NCBI GenBank assembly: GCA_047495785.1
Contig: JBLDXI010000013.1
Span: forward strand, 4,402,001 to 4,466,000
Direction of reading: 5' to 3'
Source: Lepidodermella squamata
Taxonomy: Eukaryota > Animalia > Gastrotricha
Length of the DNA stretch: 64,000 bases
Each line of letters begins with the position of its first letter. Within the stretch, counting starts at the first letter, position 1. The notes below the pieces were generated by a model. That model saw only the letters and a list, made by a program, of their open reading frames with translations, searched no databases and was not told the origin of the DNA. This document shows, in pieces, positions 62,829 to 64,000 of the stretch. A program made the position numbers and the translations under genes.

Positions 62829-64000
62829 TTAATTAGCAGGTGGAAGCTGGATTTTCTCGCCGGGTTTGAAAGGCGGCATGCCCAGATAAGGGCACGAAGA
62901 GCATCGAAAAGCATCGCCAAGATAGCACTAAAAAAATTACAGAATAATATGAATAATTGATCAAGATTTACGCTAAAATTACATTTCCACACGCCGATTT
63001 CGGTTGATCAGCAGCTTTTTCGCCCTTTTCGAGCTCCTCTGCCAAACCACAGGTACAATTTTTGCAAGCTCGCTTTTTCCCACCGTCAGAAGTTCCACAA
63101 TCAAATTCTATTGAACAGAAAATTATTTCTTGATAGAAATTGAGGGTTGAAAATCGAACTTTTGTCGATTTCAGAGGCAGCTGGAGTTGGTTTCTTGCGA
63201 TCTTCAGCGGTTAACAGGGTATCAGTATCGATCAAATCGTCATCGTTCAGCGTCCAAACGTTGCCATTTGATGTCGCCGTTCCGGTTTGACCATCGACAA
63301 AACCAAAAGCCCGGCTCCATGGTTGATCGGGAACTTTAGCCTCTGAAAATTCGCAAAAATGTATTTTCGTCCAATATCGATAATAAGGCTATTCCTACTC
63401 CCACGTAAAAACTACGGCGCAATAATCAAATTAGGGTCCTGCAAGCCGAAATGTCAAGTTTGACAAGGCAATTGTACATTTTCAATTAGACAAATTGTGA
63501 GATATAGCGCATTCGTATTAAAATATTGCGCTTTTTTTAGGTCTCGTCTAGTCCCTTTTAGGTTATAGAAATTGTCCTTACTTCCAAGGCGAGCACCGGA
63601 TCCAATCGCAACGCCAGGCTTTTCAGCCAATATAAAATCAGAGTTTGTCAATGCATCGACCTTAAATCCATTCAGCATCATTTTCGAAGCAATTTGGTTA
63701 GAATCATCGCCTTTCCTAATCAATAAATGACCTCCAGGTGCCAATAGCTCGTAACACCGAGCCACTAAATCATCCCCCAAGGTGAAAGAAGTCGGATAAC
63801 CAGCCAAAATGGCGTGAAGAGTTTCGTTTTGGAGGAACGCTTTCATAATAAAATCTTTGTTTTCGAATGAAACGTGGCATGGCAGTTGGTCACAGGCCGT
63901 TTTCAAGTCGCCAAGCTTCGCCTGGTCAGCAGATTGTTGATCAGCTGCAGCAGCCGACCATATAACTAACAGCTTTTGATTGGCTTGAATTTTCGCCAAG
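62829..64000 (-). CDS. CIAPIN1: Anamorsin (CIAPIN1/Dre2), start codon just outside the window
   Basis: Exons 64000-63582, ~63342-63160, ~63107-62983 and ~62927-62829. Methyltransferase-like N-domain, [26 protein letters not shown] and [31 protein letters not shown]. Confidence 0.96.

Overview
Compact, AT-rich eukaryotic (invertebrate animal) genomic DNA. Most introns are about 48-60 nt GT-AG, with a few multi-kb transposon-filled introns. CFAP57 implies motile cilia, and a Pif-like matrix protein suggests a spiralian, but the taxon cannot be fixed from this window. Hand-built gene models, left to right: a secreted PAN + fibrinogen-related-domain gene (-), apparently nested in an intron of an RluA-type pseudouridine synthase (+); two tandem secreted chitin-binding (CBM14) + LamG paralogues (+); CUL4 (-); CFAP57 (+); a same-strand run NDUFA2-QSOX-PEPD-NDOR1 (-); VPS29-KATNB1 (+); and anamorsin-RNMT-Ala/Thr-rich membrane protein (-). 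The strongest unusual signal is in the first CBM14/LamG gene. Its 326-aa Thr-rich spacer between a VWA domain and the chitin-binding domains is encoded by 25 consecutive symmetric phase-1 micro-exons (9-96 nt, all 3n, all beginning with C and ending with A), so any subset splices in frame with Thr at the internal junctions. The second signal is tightly packed co-directional housekeeping genes, each with a splice acceptor just before the ATG, which suggests operons resolved by spliced-leader trans-splicing. All gene identities come from my recognition of motifs; no searches were run.
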